64,000 bases of DNA, from assembly GCF_964194025.1 (NCBI RefSeq), contig NC_134477.1:16802001-16866000 (forward strand), written 5' to 3'. This stretch comes from Convolutriloba macropyga. Lineage: Eukaryota. The notes below the pieces were generated by a model. The model worked only from the letters and a program-made list of their open reading frames with translations. It had not been told where the DNA came from and searched no databases. Shown here piece by piece: positions 23,391 through 38,300 of this stretch. Every line of letters starts with the position of its first letter. Within the stretch, counting starts at the first letter, position 1. The position numbers were made by a program, and so were the translations under genes.

Positions 23391-26300
23391 TTTTAGCTGC
23401 CTTTCTTTATCTGTTCAAAAGCAATAAAAATGTTCTGCTGAAATGTCAGATACCCTTGAAATTTTTCTTCAAGGTTGAGCCTGTTATATTGAAATGCGAT
23501 AAGTTACACTTTTGCTATTATGAGATCAACTGAACGATTATTGTCTGTATTCTCGTGTCTCTCGATCTGTCGTTGTTTTTGCGTAGACAATAGTTCTCAA
23601 CGCAACAGTTAACCTGTTATTTTTTTCTTGCAGCTATTTGTTAAATATATTTCTGAAACATTTTTGAACCGGGTGAGTTTGAAAGTGATTGGAAAATGAT
23701 CTAAAAAACGCGAGTTTTCATCGGAGATTGATGTCTTATTTATTATTGCCCGCAAACAAAGTTCGTTGAAATTATATTAGTTCTGTTGGTCTTTTTTGCG
23801 TGATTATGTGATTCTTCGATTGATCATTTTTTTGACACATTCGAATTTTCGCCCTCAACAGCGGGATAAACAGTTAGAGCACGGGGGCAACATCTGCTCT
23901 TAGAGCCTTTCAGTTCAATGGTCTCCAAATATGGGATTAACAGAAACATTTTTGAAGACTTATACATATGGTTTGAAGGTGGTTTTTAGAGGTGTTTTGA
24001 CATTCGTCGTGTTGCATGACCATACTTTGTATAGGAATTTTTACTGTGCAGAAAAAAGGCAACTTTCTTTTTGGATAACCATCTTGCCTTTTGTAGAACT
24101 TTAATTGGCCCATATGCGTCTTTTCCATGTCTGTACAACCTTTGTAGCTTGGTTTTTTTTCTCTGTCTAAGTTTGACTTGCCTTTTTTATCTGTTCAAAA
24201 GCAATAAAAATGTTCTGCTGAAGTGTCAGATACCCTTAAAACTTTTCAAGGTTGAGTGTGTTATATTGAAATGCGACAAGTGACACTTTTGATATTATGA
24301 GGTCAGTTGGAATGATTTTTGTCTGTATTCTCAGGTCTTTCGCTCTGTCATAATTTTTGCGTAGAAAATAGTTCTCAACGCAACAGTTAATGTGTCGTTT
24401 AAAGCCTTGCAGCTATTTTTTATATATGTTTCCGAAAACTTTCTGAAACAGATGAGTTTGAAAGTGATTGAAACGGATCTAAAAAAACGCGCGTTTTCAT
24501 CGGAGATTGATGTCTTATTTTTTATTGCTCTCAAACAAAGTTTGAAAGCGATTGGAAACTGATCTAAAAAAAATGCGCGTTTTCATTGGAAATTGACGTC
24601 TTATTTATTATTATTGCTCTCAAACAAAGTTTGTAGCAATTATATTAGTTCTATCGGCCTTTTTGTATGCGATTCTTCGATTGACCATTTTTTTGACACA
24701 TTTGACTTTTCGCCCTCAAAAGCGGGACAAACAGTTAGAGCACGGGGGCAATATGTGCTCTTAGAGCCTTTCAGTTCAGTGGCCTCCAAATATGGGATTA
24801 ACAGAAACAGTTTTGGAGACTTATACATATGGTTTGAAGGTGGTTTTTAGAGGTGTTTTGACATTCGTCGTGCTGCATGACCATACTTTGTATAGGAATT
24901 TTTACTGCGCAGAAAAGAGGCAACTTTGTTTTTGGATAACCATCTTGCCTTTTGTAGAACTTTAATTGGCCCATATGCGTCTTTTCCATGTCTGTACAAC
25001 CTTTGTAGCTTGGTTTTCTTTCTCTGTCTAAGTTTGACTTGCCTTTTTTATCTGTTCAAAAGCAATAAAAATGTTCTGCTGAAGTGTCAGATACCCTTAA
25101 AACTTTTCAAGGTTGAGTGTGTTATATTGAAATGCGACAAGTGACACTTTTGATATTATGAGGTCAGCTGGAATGATTTTTGTCTGTATTCTCAGGTCAT
25201 TCGCTCTGTCATAATTTTTGCGTAGAAAATAGTTCTCAACGCAACAGTTAATGTGTCGTTTAAAGCCTTGCAGCTATTTTTTATATATGTTTCCGAAAAA
25301 CTTTCTGAAACAGATGAGTTTGAAAGTGATTGAAACGGATCTAAAAAAACGCGCGTTTTCATCGGAGATTGATGTCTTATTTTTTATTGCTCTCAAACAA
25401 AGTTTGAAAGCGATTGGAAACTGATCTAAAAAAATGCGCGTTTTCATTGGAAATTGACGTCTTATTTATTATTATTGCTCTCAAACAAAGTTTGTAGCAA
25501 TTATATTAGTTCTATCGGCCTTTTTGTATGCGATTCTTCGATTGACCATTTTTTTGACACATTTGACTTTTCGCCCTCAAAAGCGGGACAAACAGTTAGA
25601 GCACGGGGGCAATATGTGCTCTTAGAGCCTTTCAGTTCAGTGGCCTCCAAATATGGGATTAACAGAAACAGTTTTGGAGACTTATACATATGGTTTGAAG
25701 GTGGTTTTTAGAGGTGTTTTGACATTCGTCGTGCTGCATGACCATACTTTGTATAGGAATTTTTACTGCGCAAAAAAGAGGCAACTTTGTTTTTGGATAA
25801 CCATCTTGCCTTTTGTAGATTTTCAATTAACCCATATACGGCTTTTCCATGTCTAAACAATCATTTTACCTAGGTTTTTTTTCTCTGTCTAATTTTGAGC
25901 TGCCTTTTTTTATCTGTTCAAAAGCAATAAAAGCGTTCTGCTGAAAGGTCAGATTCCCTTGAAACTTTTCTTCAATGTTGAGTCTGTTATATTGAAATGT
26001 GACACTTTTGCTATTATGAGATCAACTGGAATGATTTTTGTCTGTATTCTTGGGTCTCTCGCTCTGTCGTAGTTTTTTCGTAGACAATAGTTCTCAACGC
26101 AACAGTTAACCTGTCATTTATTGCATTGCAGCTATTTGTTAAATATATTTCCGAAAAATTTTCTGAAACAGGTGAGTTTGAAATTGATTGAAAAATGATC
26201 TTAAAAAACGCGCATTTTCATTGGAGATTGATGTCTTATTTATTATTGCTCTCAAACAAAGTTTTTTGAAATTATATTAGTTCTGTTGGTCTTTTTGTAT

Positions 26301-29300
26301 GTGATTATCTGATTCTTCGATTGATCATTTTTTTGACACATTTGACTTTTCGTCCTCAACAGCGGGATAAACAATTAGAGCACGGGGGCAACCTGTGCTC
26401 TTAGAGCCTTTCAGTTCAATGTTCTCCAAATATGGGATTAACAGAAACAGCTTTGGAGACTTGTACATATGGTTTGAAGGTGGTTTTTAGAGGTCTTTTG
26501 ACGATTGTCGTGTTGCATGACTATACTTTGTATAAGAATCTTTACTGTGCAGAAAAAAGGCAACTTTCTTATTGGATAACCCTCTTGCCTTTTGTAGAAG
26601 TTTAATTGGCCCATATGCGGCTTTTCCATGTCTGTACAACTTTTGTAGCTTGTTTTTTTTTCTCTGTCTGTTTTTGAGTTGCCTTTTTTATCTGTTCAAA
26701 AGCAATAAAAATTTTCTGCTGCAATGTCAGATACCCTTGAAACTTTTTCAAGGTTGAGTGTGTTATATTGAAATGCAACAAGTGACACTTTTGTTATTAT
26801 GAGGTCAGCTGGAATGATTTTTGTCTGTATTCTCAGGTCTTTTGTTCTGTCATAATTTTTGCGCAGACAAAAGTTCTCAACGCAACAGTTCATCTGTCAT
26901 TTAATGACTTGCAGCTAATTGTTAAATGTATTTTCGAAAATTTTTCTGAATCGGTTGAGTTTGAAAGGGAATGCAAAATGATCTAAAAAACGCGCGTTTT
27001 AATCGGAGATTGATATTTTTTATTATTGCTCTCAAACAAAGTTTGTAGCAAGTATATTAGTTCTATCGGCCTTTTTGTATGCGATTCTTCGATTGACCAT
27101 TTTTTTGACACATTTGACTTTTCGCCCTCAAAAGCGGGACAAACAGTTAGAGCACGGGGGCAATATGTGCTCTTAGAGCCTTTCAGTTCAGTGGCCTCCA
27201 AATATGGGATTAACAGAAACAGTTTTGGAGACTTATACATATGGTTTGAAGGTGGTTTTTAGAGGTGTTTTGACATTCGTCGTGCTGCATGACCATACTT
27301 TGTATAGGAATTTTTACTGCGCAGAAAAGAGGCAACTTTGTTTTTGGATAACCATCTTGCCTTTTGTAGATTTTCAATTAACCCATATACGGCTTTTCCA
27401 TGTCTAAACAATCATTTTACCTAGGTTTTTTTTCTCTGTCTAATTTTGAGCTGCCTTTTTTTATCTGTTCAAAAGCAATAAAAGCGTTCTGCTGAAAGGT
27501 CAGATTCCCTTGAAACTTTTCTTCAATGTTGAGTCTGTTATATTGAAATGTGACACTTTTGCTATTATGAGATCAACTGGAATGATTTTTGTCTGTATTC
27601 TTGGGTCTCTCGCTCTGTCGTAGTTTTTTCGTAGACAATAGTTCTCAACGCAACAGTTAACCTGTCATTTATTGCATTGCAGCTATTTGTTAAATATATT
27701 TCCGAAAAATTTTCTGAAACAGGTGAGTTTGAAATTGATTGAAAAATGATCTTAAAAAACGCGCATTTTCATTGGAGATTGATGTCTTATTTATTATTGC
27801 TCTCAAACAAAGTTTTTTGAAATTATATTAGTTCTGTTGGTCTTTTTGTATGTGATTATCTGATTCTTCGATTGATCATTTTTTTGACACATTTGACTTT
27901 TCGTCCTCAACAGCGGGATAAACAATTAGAGCACGGGGGCAACCTGTGCTCTTAGAGCCTTTCAGTTCAATGTTCTCCAAATATGGGATTAACAGAAACA
28001 GCTTTGGAGACTTGTACATATGGTTTGAAGGTGGTTTTTAGAGGTCTTTTGACGATTGTCGTGTTGCATCACTATACTTTGTATAAGAATCTTTACTGTG
28101 CAGAAAAAAGGCAACTTTCTTATTGGATAACCCTCTTGCCTTTTGTAGAAGTTTAATTGGCCCATATGCGGCTTTTCCATGTCTGTACAACTTTTGTAGC
28201 TTGTTTTTTTTTTCTCTGTCTGTTTTTGAGTTGCCTTTTTTATCTGTTCAAAAGCAATAAAAATTTTCTGCTGCAATGTCAGATACCCTTGAAACTTTTT
28301 CAAGGTTGAGTGTGTTATATTGAAATGCAACAAGTGACACTTTTGTTATTATGAGGTCAGCTGGAATGATTTTTGTCTGTATTCTCAGGTCTTTTGTTCT
28401 GTCATAATTTTTGCGCAGACAAAAGTTCTCAACGCAACAGTTCATCTGTCATTTAATGACTTGCAGCTAATTGTTAAATGTATTTTCGAAAATTTTTCTG
28501 AATCGGTTGAGTTTGAAAGGGAATGCAAAATGATCTAAAAAACGCGCGTTTTAATCGGAGATTGATATTTTTTATTATTGCTCTCAAACAAAGTTTGTAG
28601 CAAGTATATTAGTTCTGTTGGTCTTTTTGAATGCGGTTCTTCGCTTGATCAATTTTTTTGACTCGTCTGACTTTTTGTCCTCAAAATGGGGATAAACAGC
28701 TGGAGCACGGGCGCAATATGTGCTCTTAGAGCCTTTCAGTTCAATGGTCTCCAAATATGGGATTAACAGAAACAGTTTTGATGACTTATACAGATGGTGT
28801 GAAGGTGGTTTTTAGAGGTGTTTTGACAATCGTCGTGTTGCATAACGATACTTTGTTTAAGAATCTTTACTGTGCAGAGAAAGGCAACTCTTTTTTGGAT
28901 GACCCACTTGACTTTTGTAGATTTTTAATTGACCCATATAAGGTTTTTCCATGTCTGTAAAATCTTTGTACCTTGGTTTTTTCTCTGTCGAATTTGGAGC
29001 TGCCTTTTTTTATCCGTTCAAAAGCAATGAAAACGTTCTGCTGAAGTGTCAGATAACCTTAAAAGTTCTCTTCAAGGTTGAGTCTGTTATATTGAAATGC
29101 GATAAGTGACACTTTTGCTATTTTGAGATCAGCTGGAATGATTTTTGTCTGTATTTTCGAGTCTTTCGCTCTGTCATAGTTTCTGCGTAGACAATAGTTC
29201 TCAATGCAACAGTTAACCTGTCATTTAATGCCTTGCAGCTATTTGTTAAATATATTTCCGAAAAATTTCTGAAACAGGTGAGTTTGAAGGTGATTGGAAA

Positions 29301-32300
29301 ACGATCTAAAAAAACGCGCGTTTTCATCGGAGATTGATGTCTTATTTTATATTGCCCTCAAACAAAGTTTGTTGCAATTATATTAGTTCTGTTGATCTTT
29401 TTGTCTGCGATTCTTCAATTGATCATTTTTTTGACACATTTGACTTTTCGTCCTCAAAAGCGGGATAAACAGTTAGAGCACGGGGGCAATATGTGCTCTT
29501 AGAGCCTTTCAGTTCAATGGTCTCCAAATACGGGATTAACAGAAACAGTTTTGGAGACTTATACATACGGTTTGAAGGTGGTTTTTAGAGGTCTTTTAAA
29601 GATCGTCGTGTTGCATGACGATACTTTGTATAAGAATCTTTACTGTGCAGAAGAAAGGCAACTTTCTTTTTGGATAACCCACTTGACCTTTGTAGAACTT
29701 TAATTGGCCCATATGCGAATTTTCTATGTCTGTACAAACTTTGTAGCTTGATTTTTTCTCTGTCTAATTTTGAGCTGCCTTTTTAATCTGTTCAAAAGCA
29801 ATAAAAACATTCTGCTGAAGTGTCAGATACCTTTTAAAGTTTTTCAAGATTGAGTGTGTTATATTGAAATGCGACAAGTGACACTTCTGTTAATATGAGG
29901 TCAGCTGGGCTGGAATGATTTTTGTCTGTATTCTCAAGTCTTTTGCTCTGTCATAATTTTTGCGTAGACAAAAGTTCTCAACGCAACAGTTAATCTGTCA
30001 TTTAATGACTTGCAGCCATTTGTTAAATGTATTTTCGAAAAATTTTCTGAAACAGGTTAGTTTGAAAGTGATTGAAAAATGATCTAAAAATCGCGCGTTT
30101 TCATCGGAAATTGACGTCTTATTTATTATTGCTCTCAAACAAAGTTCGCTGAAATTATATTAGTTCTGTCGGTCTTTTTTTGCGTGATTATGTGATTCTT
30201 CGATTGATCATTTTTTTGACACATTTGACTTTTCGTCCTCAACAGCGGGATAAACAGTTAGAGCAAGGGGGCAACATGTGCTCTTAGAGCTTTTCAGTTC
30301 AATGGTCTCCAAACATGGGATTAACAGAAACAGTTTTGGAGACTTATACATATGGTGTGAAGGTGGTTTTTAGAGGTGTTTTGACAATCGTCGGGTTGCA
30401 TGACGATACTTTGTATAAGAATCTTTACTGTGCAGAGAAAGGCAACTCTTTTTTTGGATGACCCACTTGACTTTTGTAGATTTTTAATTGACCCATATAA
30501 GGTTTTTCCATGTCTGTAAAATCTTTGTACCTTGGTGTTTTCTCTGTCTAATTTTGAGCTGCCTTTTTTATCTGTTCAAAAGCAATGAAAACGTTCTGCT
30601 GAAGTGTCAGATAACCTTAAAAGTTCTCTTCAAGGTTGAGTCTGTTATATTGAAATGCGATAATTGACACTTTTGCTAATATGAGATCAGCTGGAATGAT
30701 TTTTGTCTGTATTTTCGAGTCTTTCGCTCTGTCATAGTTTCTGCGTAGACAATAGTTCTCAATGCAACAGTTAACCTGTCATTTAATGCCTTGCAGCTAT
30801 TTGTTAAATATATTTCCGAAAAATTTCTGAAACAGGTGAGTTTGAAGGTGATTGGAAAACGATCTAAAAAAACGCGCGTTTTCATCGGAGATTGATGTCT
30901 TATTTTATATTGCCCTAAAACAAAGTTTGTTGCAATTATATTAGTTCTGTTGATCTTTTTGTCTGCGATTCTTCAATTGATCATTTTTTTGACACATTTG
31001 ACTTTTCGTCCTCAAAAGCGGGATAAACAGTTAGAGCACGGGGGCAATATGTGCTCTTAGAGCCTTTCAGTTCAATGGTCTCCAAATATGGGATTAACAG
31101 AAACAGTTTTGGAGACTTATACATACGGTTTGAAGGTGGTTTTTAGAGGTCTTTTAAAGATCTTCGTGTTGCATGACGATACTTTGTATAAGAATCTTTA
31201 CTGTGCAGAAGAAAGGCAACTTTCTTTTCGGATAACCCACTTGACTTTTGTAGAACTTTAATTGGCCCATATGCGAATTTTCTATGTCTGTACAAACTTT
31301 GTAGCTTGATTTTTTTCTCTGTCTAATTTTGAGCTGCCTTTTTAATCTGTTCAAAAGCAATAAAAACGTTCTGCTGAAGTGTCAGATACCCTTGAAATTT
31401 TTCAAGATTGATTGTGTTATATTGAAATGCGACAAGTGACACTTTTGTTAATATGAGGTCAGCTGGGCTGGAATGATTTTTGTCTGTATTCTAAAGTCTT
31501 TTGCTCTGTCATAATTTTTGCGTAGACAAAAGTTCTCAACGCAACAGTTAATCTGTCATTTAATGACTTGCAGCTATTTGTTAAATGTATTTTCGAAAAA
31601 TTTTTTGAAACAGGTTAGTTTGAAAGTGATTGAAAAATGATCTAAAAAACGCGCGTTTTCATCGGAAATTGACGTCTTATTTATTATTGCTCTCAAACAA
31701 AGTTTGCTGAAATTATATTAGTTCTGTCGGTCTTTTTTTGCGTGATTATGTGATTCTTCGATTGATCATTTTTTTGACACATTTGACTTTTTGTCCTCAA
31801 CAGCGGGATAAACAGTTAGAGCAAGGGGGCAACATGTGCTCTTAGAGCCTTTCAGTTCAATGGTCTCCAAACATGGGATTAACAGAAACAGTTTTGGAGA
31901 CTTATACATATGGTGTGAAGGTGGTTTTTAGAGGTGTTTTGACAATCGTCGTGTTGCATGACGATACTTTGTATAAGAATCTTTACTGTGCAGAGAAAGG
32001 CAACTCTTTTTTTGGATGACCCACTTGACTTTTGTAGATTTTTAATTGACCCATATGCGGCTTTTCCTTGTCTGTACAATCTTTTTACCTTGGTTTTTTT
32101 CTCTGTCTAATTTTGAGCTGCTTTTTTTTATCTGTTCAAAAGCAATAAAAACGTTCTGCTGAAATGTCAGATACTCTTGAAACTTTTCTTCAAGGTTGAG
32201 TCTGTTATATTGAAATGCGATAAGTGACACTGTTGCTATTATGAGATCAACTGGAATGATTTTTCTCTGTATTCTCGGGTCTCTCGCTCTGTCATAGTTT

Positions 32301-35300
32301 CTGCGTAGACAATAGTTCTCAGCGCAACACTTAACCTGTCATTTAATTCCTTGCAGCTATTTGTTAAATATATTTCCAAAACATTTTTGAAACAGGTGAG
32401 TTTGAAAGTGATTGTAAAATGATCTAAAAAAACGCGCGTTTTCATCGGAGATTGATGTCTTATTTATTCTTGCCCTCAAACAAAGTTTGTTGCAATTATA
32501 TTAGTTCTGTTGATCTTTTTGTCTGCGATTCTTCGGTTGACCATTTTTTTGACACATTTGACTTTTCGTCCTCAAAAGCGGGATAAACAGTTAGAGCACG
32601 GGGGCAATATGTGCTCTTAGAGCCTTTCAGTTCAATGGTCTCCAAATTTGGGATTAACAGAAACAGTTTTGGAGACTTATACATATGGTTTGAAGGTGGT
32701 TATTAGAGGTCGTTTGACAATTGTCGTGTTGCATGGCGATACTTTGTATAAGAATTTTTACTGTGCAGAAGAAAGGCAACTTTTTTTGGATAACCCACTT
32801 GCCTTTGGAAGAAATTTAATATGCCCATATGCGGCTTTTCCATGTTTGTACAACTTTTGTAGCTTGGTTTTTTATCTGTCTAAGTTTGAGTTGCCTTTTT
32901 TATCTGTTCAAAAGCAATAAAAATGTTCTGCTGAATTGTCAGATACCCTTAAAACTTTTCAAGGTTGAGTGTGTTATATTGAAATGCGACAAGTGACACT
33001 TTTTTTATTATGAGGTCAGCTGGAATGATTTTTGTCTGTATTCTCAGGTCTTTTGTTCTGTCATAATTTTTGCGTAGACAAAAGTTCTCGACGCAACAGT
33101 TAATATGTCATTTAAGGACTTGCAGCTATTTGTTAAATGTATTTCCGAAAATTTTTCTGAATCAAGTGAGTTTGAAAGTGATTGGAAAATGATCTAAAAA
33201 ACGCGCGTTTTCGTTGGAGATTGATGTCTTTTTTATTCTTGCTCTCAAACAAAGTTTGTAGCAATTATATTAGTTCTGCTGATCATTCTTCGATTGGTCA
33301 TTTTTTTTGACACAATTGACTTTTCGTCCTCAACAGCGGGATAAACAGTTAGAGCAAGGGGGCAACATGTGCTCTTAGAGCCTTTCAGTTCAATGGTCTC
33401 CAAAAATGGGAATAACAGAAACAATTTTGTAGACTTATACATATGGTTTGAATGTGATCTTTAGAGGTCTTTTGACGATCGTCGTTTTGCATGACGATAC
33501 TTTGTATAAGAATTTTTACTGTGCAGAAAAAAGGCAACTATATTTTTGGATAACCCACTTGCCTTTTGTAGAACTTTAATTGGCCCATATGCGGCTTTTC
33601 CTTGTCTGTACAACCTTTGTAGCTTGGTTTTTTTCTCTGTCTAATTTCGAGCTGCCTTTTTTATCTGTTCAAAAGCAATAAAAACGTTCTGCTGAAGTGT
33701 CAGATACCCCTGAAATTTTTCAGGGTTGTGTGTGTTATATTGAAATGCGACAAGTGACACTTTTGTTATAATGAGGTCAGCTGGGCAGGAATGATTTTTG
33801 TCTGTATTCTCAGGTCTTTTAATCTGTCATAAATTTTGCGTAGACAAAAGTTCTCAACGCAACAGTTAATCTGTCATTTAATGACTTGCAGCTATTTGTT
33901 AAATGTATTTCCGAAAATTTTTCTGAATCAGGTGAGTTTGAAAGTGATTGGAAAATGATCTAAAAAAAACGCGCGTTTTCATCGGAGATTGTTGTCTTAT
34001 TTATTTTTGCCCTCAAAGAAAGTTTGTTGCAATTATATTAGTTCTGTTAATCTTTTTGTCTGCGATTCTTCGATTGACCATTTTTTTGATACTTTCGACT
34101 TTTCGTCCTCAAAAACGGGATAAACAGTTAGAGCACGGGGTCAATATGTGCTCTTAGAGCCTTTCAGTTCAATGGTCTCCAAATATGGGATTAACAGAAA
34201 CAGTTTTGGAGACTTATACATATGGTTTGAAGGTGATTTTTAGAGGTCTTTTGACGATCGTCGTGTTGCATGACGATACTTTGTATAAGAATCTTTACTG
34301 TGCAGAAAAAATGCAACTTTCTTTTTGGATAACCCTCTCGCCTTTTGTAGAACTTTAATTGGCCCATTTGCAGCTTTTCCATGTCTATACATCCTTTGTA
34401 GCTTGATTTTTTTTCTCTGTCTAATTTTGAGCTGCCTTTTTTTATCTGCTCAAAAGCAATAACATGTTCTGCTGAAGTGTCAGATACCCTTGAAACTTTT
34501 CAAGGTTGAGTGTGTTATATTGAAATGCGAAAAGTGACACTTTTGTTATTATGAGGTCAGCTGGAATGATTTTTGTCTGTATTCTCAGGTCTTTTGATCT
34601 GTCATAATTTTTGCGTAGACAAAAGTTCTCAACGCAACAGTTGATCTGTCATTTAATTACTTGCAGCTATTTGTTAAATGTATTTCCGAAAATTTTTCTG
34701 AATCAAGTGAGTTTGAAAGTGATTGGAAAATGATCCAAAAAAACGCGCGTTTTCATCGGAGATTGATGTCTTATTTATTAATGCCCTCAAACAAAATTTG
34801 TTGCAATTATATTAGTTCTGTTGATCTTTTTGTCTGCGATTCTTCGATTGACCATTTCTTTGACACATATGACTTTTCGTCCTCAACAGCGGGATAAACA
34901 TTTCGAGCAAGGGGGCAACATGTGCTCTTAGAGCCTTTCAGTTCAATGGTCTCCAAACATGGGATTAACAGAAACAGCTTTGGAGACTTGTACATATGGT
35001 TTGAAGGTGGTTTTTAGAGGTCTTTTGACGATTGTCGTGTTGCATGACGATACTTTGTATAAGAATCTTTACTGTGCAGAAAAAAGGCAACTTTCTTATT
35101 GGATAACCCACTTGCCTTTTGTAGAAGTTTAATTGGCCCATATGCGGCTTTTCCATGTCTGTACAACTTTTGTAGCTTGTTTTTTTTCTCTGTCTGTTTT
35201 TGAGTTGCCTTTTTTATCTGTTCAAAAGCAATAAAAATTTTCTGCTGCAATGTCAGATACCCTTGAAACTTTTCAAGGTTGAGTGTGTTATATTGAAATG

Positions 35301-38300
35301 CGACAAGTGACACTTTTGTTATTATGAGGTCAGCTGGAATGATTTTTGTCTGTATTCTCAGGTCTTTTGTTCTGTCATAATTTTTGCGTAGACAAAAGTT
35401 CTCAACGCAACAGTTCATCTGTCATTTAATGACTTGCAGCTATTTGTTAAATGTATTTCCAAAAATTTTTCTGAATCAAGTGAGTTTGAAAGTGATTGGA
35501 AAATGATCTAAAAAACGCGCGTTTTCATTGGAGATTGATGTCTTTTTTATTGTTGCTCTCAAACAAAGTTTGCAGCAATTATATTAGTTCTGCTGATCAT
35601 TTTTCGATTGATCATTTTTTTTGACACAATTGACTTTTCGTCCTCAACAGCGGGATAAACATTTAGAGCAAGGGGGCAACATGTGCTCTTAGAGCCTTTC
35701 AGTTCAATGGTCTCCAAACATGGGATTAACAGAAACAATTTTGGAGACTTATACATATGGTTTGAATGTGGTTTTAAGAGGTCTTTTGACGATCGTCGTG
35801 TTGCATGACGATACTTTGTATAAGAATTTTTACTGTGCAGAAAGAAGGCAACTATATTTTTGGATAACCCACTTGCCTTTTGTAGAACTTTAATTGGCCC
35901 ATATGCCGCTTTTCCTTGTCTGTACAACCTTTGTAGCTTGGTTTTTTTCTCTGTCTAATTTTGAGCTGCCTTTTTTATCTGCTCAAAAGCAATAAAAAGT
36001 TCTGCTGAAGTGTCAGATACCCTTGAAACTTTGCAAGTTTGAGTGTGTTATATGACCATTTCTTTGACACATTTGACTTTTCGTCCTCAACAGCGGGATA
36101 AACATTTAGAGCAAGGGGGCAACATGTGCTCTTAGAGCCTTTCAGTTCAATGGTCTCCAAACATGGGATTAACAGAAACAGCTTTGGAGACTTGTACATA
36201 TGGTTTGAAGGTGGTTTTTAGAGGTCTTTTGACGATTGTCGTGTTGCATGACGATACTTTGTATAAGAATCTTTACTGTGCAGAAAAAAGGCAACTTTCT
36301 TATTGGATAACCCACTTGCCTTTTGTAGAAGTTTAATTGGCCCATATGCGGCTTTTCCATGTCTGTACAACTTTTGTAGCTTGTTTTTTTTCTCTGTCTG
36401 TTTTTGAGTTGCCTTTTTTATCTGTTCAAAAGCAATAAAAATTTTCTGCTGCAATGTCAGATACCCTTGAAACTTTTCAAGGTTGAGTGTGTTATATTGA
36501 AATGCGACAAGTGACACTTTTGTTATTATGAGGTCAGCTGGAATGATTTTTGTCTGTATTCTCAGGTCTTTTGTTCTGTCATAATTTTTGCGTAGACAAA
36601 AGTTCTCAACGCAACAGTTCATCTGTCATTTAATGACTTGCAGCTATTTGTTAAATGTATTTCCAAAAATTTTTCTGAATCAAGTGAGTTTGAAAGTGAT
36701 TGGAAAATGATCTAAAAAACGCGCGTTTTCATTGGAGATTGATGTCTTTTTTATTATTGCTCTCAAACAAAGTTTGTAGCAATTATATTAGTTCTGCTGA
36801 TCATTTTTCGATTGATCATTTTTTGACACAATTGACTTTTCGTCCTCAACAGCGGGATAAACATTTAGAGCAAGGGGGCAACAGGTGCTCTTAGAGCCTT
36901 TCAGTTCAATGGTCTCCAAACATGGGATTAACAGAAACAATTTTGGAGACTTATACATATGGTTTGAATGTGGTTTTTAGAGGTCTTTTGACGATCGTCG
37001 TGTTGCATGACGATACTTTGTATAAGAGTTTTTACTGTGCAGAAAAAAGGCAACTATATTTTTGGATAACCCACTTGCCTTTTGTAGAACTTTAATTGGC
37101 CCATATGCCGCTTTTCCTTGTCTGTACAACCTTTGTAGCTTGGTTTTTTTCTCTGTCTAATTTTGAGCTGCCTTTTTTATCTGCTCAAAAGCAATAAAAT
37201 GTTCTGCTGAAGTGTCAGATACCCTTGAAACTTTTCAAGGTTGAGTGTGTTATATTGAAATGCGAAAAGTGACACTTTTGTTATTATGAGGTCAGCTGGA
37301 ATGCTTTTTGTCTGTATTCTCAGGTCTTTTGATCTGTCATAATTTTTGCGTAGACAAAAGTTCTCAACGCAACAGTTGATCTGTCATTTAATTACTTGCA
37401 GCTATTTGTTAAATGTATTTCCGAAAATTTTTCTGAATCAAGTGAGTTTGAAAGTGACTGGAAAATGATCCAAAAAAACGCGCGTTTTCATCGGAGATTG
37501 ATGTCTTATTTTTTAATGCCCTCAAACAGAATTTGTTGCAATTATATTAGTTCTGTTGATCTTTTTGTCTGCAATTCTTCGATTGACCATTTCTTTGACA
37601 CATTTGACTTTTCGTCCTCAACAGCGGGATAAACATTTAGAGCAAGGGGGCAACATGTGCTCTTAGAGCCTTTCAGTTCAATGGTCTCCAAACATGGGAT
37701 TAACAGAAACAATTTTGGAGACTTAAGCATATGGTTTGAATGTGGTTTTTAGAGGTCTTTTAACGATCGTCGTGTTGCATGACGATACTTTGTATAAGAA
37801 TTTTTAGTGTGCAGAAAAAAGGCAACTAGATTTTTGGATAACCCACTTGCCTTTTGTAGAACTTTAATTGGCCCATATGTCGCTTTTCCTTGTTTGTACA
37901 ACCTTTGTAGCTTGGTTTTTTTCTCTGTCTAATTTTGAGCTGACTTTTTTATCTGCTCAAAAGCAATAAAATAATCTGCTGAAGTGTCAGATACCCTTGA
38001 AACTTTTCAAGGTTGAGTGTGTTATATTGAAATGCGAAAAGTGACACTTTTGTTATTATGAGGTCAGCTGGAATGATTTTTGTCTGTATTCTCAGGTCTT
38101 TTGATCTGTCATAATTTTTGCGTAGACAAAAGTTCTCAACGCAAAAGTTAATCTGTCATTTAATGACGACTTGCAGCTATTTGTTAAATGTATTTTCGAA
38201 AAATTTTCAGAAACAGGTTAGTTTGAAAGTGATTGAAAAATGATCTAAAGAACGCACGTTTTCATCGGAAATTGACGTCTTATTTATTATTGCTCTCAAA

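Larger units (their letters stand above)
18480..24000 (-). mobile_element. Decayed Polinton/Maverick (adintovirus-like endogenous DNA virus), virion plus integrase module; truncated
   Basis: Co-oriented remnants in the order integrase - penton - small basic protein - major capsid - ORF - cysteine protease, all on the minus strand. No pPolB or packaging ATPase was seen. The left boundary is approximate. Confidence 0.88.
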
